Of a DNA stretch of 64,000 nt, positions 57,551-64,000 are shown piece by piece; the stretch's first letter is position 1, and each line of letters opens with the position of its first letter. Under the pieces are notes generated by a model. The model was given only the letters and a program-made list of their open reading frames with translations, ran no database searches and was not told where the DNA came from. The translations under genes were made by a program, and so were the position numbers. Origin of the DNA: Eledone cirrhosa (taxonomy: Eukaryota); the NCBI GenBank assembly GCA_964016885.1, contig CAXHJY010000640.1, positions 1 through 64,000 of the forward strand, written 5' to 3'.

Positions 57551-60214
57551 GTAGTCACCCTCTGTCTGGCTGGTGATTTACTTCAGCCACAAGTCTCGTC
57601 AGTGGTTTGCAAAAGGTTGTCAGGTAATATATATATATATATATATTGATCATTTTAGTCATGCTCACTTTGTAGAATATACTTCATTGGGGAGGTTTAT
57701 TAATTTCACCAGTTGGTTTTAAAGACTATATCCACTCCAATCTGCATCATCTATATTGTCCAATAGATGTTGATCAACTGATCATATTGAAGTTATATCC
57801 TTTGTTATTTTTCAATTTTAAATGACACCACAGGAAATTTTTGTCTAATAATTGCTTGGATAATGTAAGTTGATTGAAATTTTTCAATTCACTATATTAC
57901 ATATGTATGATCTTACTGTTTATAATTAATTGCCATTATAAATTATACTTTGCTTAATGGAAAATTTATTTTTTCTCCTCAATAGCTTCCAAATTTAATC
58001 AGTGTTAATAATTTCCGGTTAAATAAGAAATTCAATCTTAGATGGTGTTTAAAAGTACATACACATTTTAATTACTATTAGAGTAAATAGTTTGATTTTG
58101 ACAACCAGGCATTTTTCGACTAATAAATTTAATATATTAGATGATGACCATATATGGTTGTTATTTATATTGCATAAATATAGGTAATATTGTCAGAATT
58201 TATATTCTCCGTTAAAATTTGAGTGCTTATAAATGTATATTTCAAATATATTTAAGCTTTATTTAACTTGTGATTCTTCCTGTGATAAAATAAGTACCAA
58301 TATTGTTGTTGATCAATGGAGGACTAGGTTGTATGGGCTTAGAAACAGCTTACTTATAATTAATTTCAAATTCCTGAAAAGTGCTTTTAAAATATATTAA
58401 AATGTGACATAAAACTATTTTAAACTGTAGGAGCTCATATTCAGTCAGTAACAACAGAGAAACATATTTCTCTTGTCAGACAAGCAGTTGAGAATAGATT
58501 GTATTTCCTAATCGTATTTGATGAGTTCCTTCCAGTTCAAAATATCTTTTGGTAAATGTATCTTAAATATACATACTAAAACCTCTTAAATAACAGATGT
58601 AATACAGCAAATAAGTTTTAAAATTATCATTTTCTTTATTAGTTTGGTCTGAAGGCAGATGTTATACTCATGCCCATTACAACTCCTCCAAAACCAGTGA
58701 GAGCTCTGTGGCTAATATTACACTTGAACAATTAGGTGTCAACCATAGCAGGAAAAGCATCTGAAGCTAAAAGACAAAATTCTGGGGAAGAAAGACTGGG
58801 TGTAGTAGATGCTATATGGGGGACAAGAGGAGGGAATGAATGTGTTAGGAGTGCCTAAGTGACGGTGGCATGAGACCTACCAGGTCTGAGGAGTAGAGGC
58901 CATTATCGTAGTGCTAGGAAAGGCAGGGACAGCTTTTCTGTGTGGTAAAGGCTGGAGTGTGTTGGTGAGTAACTTCATGCCAATCGAGGAGGGGGGGGGG
59001 TCTATGAATGCAGTCTAGGAATGTGTGTTTATAGCAGCAACATCATTCCAGATGTGTGAACATTGTGACTCTAACCTGAGCTTTGGGGAGAGTTTGTAGT
59101 TGTTGAGGTCTAAAGTATTGGAAGACTAATTTTTGCTATGTTGAGTATGTGTTTGACAGGAGATATCTGCAGTGATTTAGGGATCTTAACATTTGTAGCA
59201 ACCTATAGAAGGTAGAACATTAAAAGAAAAAAGAAAACATCTATTTTTATATAATCATAGTAAATTACTTTGAATACTGAGAGATATTGCATACTTTTTG
59301 TTATTTTTCATAATCTGGATACAACTAAAACCATGCATGTGGTTCCAGCTTTCATTGTAAAGTTTGACCCCTACAACTAGTTAAAAGAGCCTGGCAGAGT
59401 AAAACCAAGTATTAACTCTTAACATTCTGTAAAGATTTAGTAGAAAATATCACAAAATGGGTCTGATAATGTAAAAGCTTTAGTGGACAGTGTGTTGTGA
59501 AAATATGCAATATTTTTTTATGTGATGGTGCTATTTTATAATTTTTAAGAATGTTTTGCTAATGTAGTTTCATGTGTTACAGGATATTAAAAGTTAAGAA
59601 AGAGATCAAATTAGGGTTTATAAAATTATTTAACCTCTTTGTGATCATATTTCCAATGAAATACACACTATTTCAATAAATTATTGAAGAATTTGGACGA
59701 TTTACTAAAATTATTCATTATTTCATTAACATGGTATATGGCTATGCTGGAAGGTTTCAATTTAGAAAAGAACCCTTTAAACAGGATGGTTTTGTTTTAT
59801 AGAATCTGAAGCAGTTTGGGGTGGGTGAATTGGTGTTGGAAGTTTTTTTGTTTTTTTTTTCAAAATACATTTTGCTTCCAAAATATGCCCATCTATTGCT
59901 GTATATGGATGGATAGAATTCTAGTTCTGAAAGACCCTAATAGAAATGAACTCCTGCTAATTGTTAATAAAAAAACTTAATCTAGGCAGGAAGTGTCAAA
60001 AAATTAAATGAATTGGCCACATTCATTAGGAGGAAGCTGAAAGGGAAATATTTAAATTTGTGCAGATTAATTGAAGCAAAAACTTAATGTCTCCATTCCT
60101 TAAAATATATAACAATTTACTTCTGATGACCAAATCTAATACTACTCAAATATTAATCCCCTGCATAAACAAACAAATTACAAACATCATTTTATAAAAT
60201 GACTCTTGTATGTA

Positions 60215-60284
<70 letters not shown>

Positions 60285-60546
60285 TGGGTGGATGGATGGA
60301 TGGATGTTCTTCTGGTTTTATAATTTCACAAAGTTTTACCAATAGAGAGAGAGTCGGTTTCTAACATAGACACAAGACTCTCTCATTGGAATTTACACAA
60401 CATCAAATAGGTAGATATGTATGTATGTCTGCATGCATGCATGTATGTGTAGATATGGATGTTATTGTATGTGTGGATGTGTATGTTTTGAGTTGTATGT
60501 GTGCATGTGTATATGCTTTGTATCTGTACATGTGTATATGCAGTTA

Positions 60547-60911
60547 TTAGATGCAAAATTTTTGGAATGTTTTACATATTTTTACTGTTCCATTAATGGA
60601 TTGTACTTGTAATTTCCTAACTAGTTGTGTTCTTTCTGTTCCTGTGAAGCCTAGCTTCTCAAGATTTGTATTGAGGCAGTTACTAACATATCCACTGGGA
60701 TATGTTAGTAACCAATAATCACAGGTATAAATCTGTAACCAATAATCACAGGTATAAATCTGAAGGTATAATCAGGGTGGAGTATCTGCAGATTTCTCAT
60801 TAGTTCTGCATAAATATTCTCCTTTTCAGTAATCTTTGATATTATATTGGCATCTGCTGGGCAGCTAATTTCCACTACTGTGCATATTTTCTTCTCCCTG
60901 TCCCATATCAT
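60547..60911 (-). pseudogene. 3' fragment of a restriction-like-endonuclease non-LTR element (R4/Dong-like)
   Basis: IWDREKKICTVVEISCPAD.NI..K..EK..IY...IPVIIG, then GYVSNCLNTNLEKLGF...KICKTF* in another frame; matches the PD-(D/E)xK-type RLE C-terminus pattern. Confidence 0.75.
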
Positions 60912-61177
60912 ATGTATGTATGTATGTATGTATGTATATGTGTGTGTGTGTGTGTGTGCGTGCGCAGTACAATGAACATATTAGTTTAATGCTTCATATA
61001 GTTGGAAAAGAGTCTTAACGTTTCGGACGTTAGTCCTTCATCTGCAGATAGAATGAGAAATAGAAGAATAGAAAGACGGGGAACAGCGCAAAGATAGAGA
61101 AACGGAAAGAAAATTGGGATGGTGTTGAAAAAGTATCTGTTCAGTTAGCCATATGTGTGTGTGTGTGTGTGTGTGTA

Positions 61178-61212
<35 letters not shown>

Positions 61213-61229
61213 TGTAGATGTATGTATAT

Positions 61230-62595
61230 ATCATCGTCATCATACACTCGCTATTTCATGCTTGCATGGGTTGACAGGTCTTTTACAACATAGCATCTCT
61301 CCACTTGTCACACTGCATCATCATTTTCTCTATGAGCTTCAGCAATTAGAAATCAGCTCTCACTACTACACCCAGGTCTTCCTTGGTCTTCCTCTACTGT
61401 GACTTCCCACCACTTGGATTTCTTGGCACTTCTTCACCCACCAATCATCATCCATGTAGGCTTCATGTTTCTACCATTGTAGTCTCTTGCACACTCCATC
61501 TGATTTCTCTTATACCCAATTTCTCTCACAGTTCATTCATGCTTTGTTGTTCTCACATTGTACATGCATCAAAGTATGTTTGCTTCATTTCTCTCCAGTC
61601 TTAAGATATCCTTTGCATTAGGTTTGCCCATAGGTTAACTTTACCTTTCATCCTTACGAGGGTCGATAAAATAAAATACCAGTAATGCACTGGGATAATT
61701 GCTGGCCTTGTGCAAAAAAGTAGAAACAATTATTATGCAGCATTGAATTTCACACTCAGGCATCATAGAGCCGGCCTTTCATTCGTTGTCATTTATTGTC
61801 AACAGAGGTAGTAGCTCTTTAAACTTCTTCCACCCTGTCCATATTCTAACTACTATGCTATCGTAGCATCCGCCTCATAGTCAATCAAAATCAGATTCTC
61901 CAGATGCTTTCAGCATTTCAGCGGCTTTTCAATTCTTCATATCTTTGATTGTTACTTTGTCTTTGTAATTGTTAAATTCAATAATTGGTCCCTCTGTTGG
62001 GTAAGTTGGGGGTAGTCTCCATTACTCTCATTCATTCTCCACATTCTTTCTTGTGTACCAGCGCTAAGTGTACCAGTGTCATTTTGAACACACTTTTCCC
62101 CAACAATATCCTCATTCACACTCACACACTGCCCTGCTATGCAGAATACCTCACATCTCTAGTCTTCATGTTGCAAGACATTGGCAAACCTCCTTGTCTC
62201 AGCTTCTTTTCGTGCTATGTATTCCTATTGTCTAGCTTCTCTCTTAGATATCTGGTTCTGCTCTCTGCTACCCCAATTTTTCTAGTCTTTCCACGCCCGT
62301 GTCTTAGTTTTAAAGGCTCTAACTGCAGGTCACCCAGTAGTCTGTAGTAGTTTGTCACATTGGAATTTTCAACTGTCTTCTATGTTGTATGTGTCTAACT
62401 TGTCTTCTTTATTATATGCCTCACGTAGACTTTCCTGAACCTATACGTAACAAAAAGGTTCTTTAACCTTCAAACTCTCCTCCTCCAAATGTTCCCGTGT
62501 CTCTTGCTTATTCTGATGTCATTAATAACTAATGTTGGGCAGTACATTCTTAACCAGAGGAAGGTATTAATATTCATAACCATTTGTCTGTCTCA
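61230..62595 (-). pseudogene. Heavily deleted old RTE copy with decayed (CAT)n tail
   Basis: 3' motif TTCATGCTTGCATGGGTT, plus remnants of GRPRKTW, GWKKFKELLPLL, EMLKASG, PTEGP and WKVK. Confidence 0.75.
61630..61736 (+). mobile_element. Nin-domain SINE fragment inserted in the old RTE
   Basis: CCTTTCATCCTTACGAGGGTCGATAAAATAAAATACCAG...GCTGGCCTTGTGC...AGAAACAATTATTAT. Confidence 0.65.
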
Positions 62596-63091
62596 TATAT
62601 ATAAATTTTACTACTACTACTACTACAACAACAAACCATAATTAATTTCTTGAAAATGTTATTTCAAAATGTGTGAGTATGAACAAATATACTTACCTTA
62701 CTTACAAGAAAGATGAAAAGATATACTAACATATACTTACATGCATGCGCGCACAGACAGAAAGAGAAATATTATAGTCTTGTATTCTAAACCTGGCAAG
62801 TGGGAAAATTCCAATCAGTTGAAACTCTTTGCAATTTCATGACTAAAATTTCATGACTACCCTTTGTAGGTGGATGCTCAAATCCAGAAAAATCGATAGG
62901 AGTGAACCTTGTTTTAATATGAAAATCTCTCGCATGCTAAAAAGAAAATTAAATTTACGCCTCACACATATTGCAGGTTTAGGTTGCATCTCATAGGAGA
63001 TTTTTTTTCTTCTTTGAGTGTTTTAATGAGAGAGAGCCCAGTCCGATCATGAAAGGCAATGTAAAAATAAATCTATTGTTCAAAAATACAA

Positions 63092-63171
63092 GGCACTATC
63101 CAGTTCAAGAATTCAACCCACAACCTTACGATTGTAAATCCAACACTCTAACCACTAGGCCATGCATCTTC
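63092..63171 (-). mobile_element. tRNA-derived SINE head, decayed
   Basis: A-box TGGCCTAGTGG and B-box-like GGTTGAATTC; aligns by eye with 115-188. Confidence 0.7.
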
Positions 63172-63409
63172 CCTCTCCCTTACTGTCTTATTACTGATCT
63201 TTTATGTTGTTCATTTCAAGGAAACTCCTTCACCACATCTCTCTTGATAGCTACCCATTTCTGTTTTTAATGCACATACAGTTTCAGGAATGGACATGTG
63301 CACATGCACAATATGACAATGACAAGCCAATGCTGCAAGCCTTTATATAGTTGGTCAATTTGCTAAAAATAGCTGTCAAATATCCTTCAAATCAATCTTA
63401 ATGTCTTAA

Positions 63410-63587
63410 CCCTTCTGCTACCAAACTGTCTGAAGCTGTCCCTGATTCTATGACACAGAGTGTTTATATCTATAAACCTTCCAGTGTAAATTTATGAAAG
63501 AACTTTTAAGTTATGCTCCAAAACGAATGTAAAGAGCTGTAAATAAATGTATTTTGTTTGAGCTTTAAAGATTCTGCTAATCCACTG

Positions 63588-63620
<33 letters not shown>

Positions 63621-63734
63621 TTAATAATGAGGAAGTTAGTTATATTACTAATTCTTGTCAAATTCTTGATTATTTTCAAAATTATTTAGAAATTGTAAGT
63701 AATATTTTTCATGAGAAATATGGTAATGAAAGGG
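63410..63734. mobile_element. piggyBac-like MITE
   Basis: TTAA|CCCTTCTGCTACCA ... TGGTAATGAAAGGG|TTTAA imperfect TIRs; a similar end TTGGTAACAAATGGG|TTAA occurs at ~16131-16149. Confidence 0.6.
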
Positions 63735-64000
63735 TTTAAAAGGACACTTGAGTAATGGAATATTAGTCATACACAAAGACAGGGTAGTCAAATATGGAAT
63801 GCCTTTGATGAAAATTTTGCTTGATCAGGTGTGACAAAAACTGCCTCTGGTTCTATGAAACAAAACCATCCATTTTAGTGTTCTTATTTAAGTTAAAATC
63901 TTCCTAAAGAACCTTATGTTAAATTACTAACTTAGTAATTAGATAATTAATAGTTTTAGTTAAACCCTCAAAATTCTTCATTAATTTATTGAAATAGTGC

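Overview
Eukaryotic, very AT-rich, essentially all-repeat DNA. A cephalopod (octopus-like) host is inferred from the CORE-type and Nin-type tRNA-derived SINEs; no host exon could be supported. Most of the first ~48.4 kb is a nested cluster of young transposable elements sitting in (TA)n/(TATG)n microsatellite arrays. It holds 11 copies of two RTE-clade LINE families (A and B) with (ATG)n tails, two of them near full length. It also holds two CR1-like LINEs, a Penelope-like element (RT + GIY-YIG), a non-autonomous Helitron, a DD37D/maT transposon derivative and a CORE-SINE that shares the RTE-B 3' tail. The last ~16 kb and 13-17.5 kb hold old decayed repeats. The most notable observations are: (i) four well-formed minimal type-I hammerhead ribozyme motifs plus one decayed one in Penelope-type terminal repeats, including a divergent inverted pair and a U3-A8 core variant; (ii) a C4HC3 PHD-type finger inserted inside the RTE reverse transcriptase; (iii) a tandemly repeated, putatively pseudoknotted 3'-UTR module shared by three RTE families and partly by a SINE; (iv) an RTE-A/RTE-B chimera and clustered truncation points. 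All folds and family calls were made by eye.
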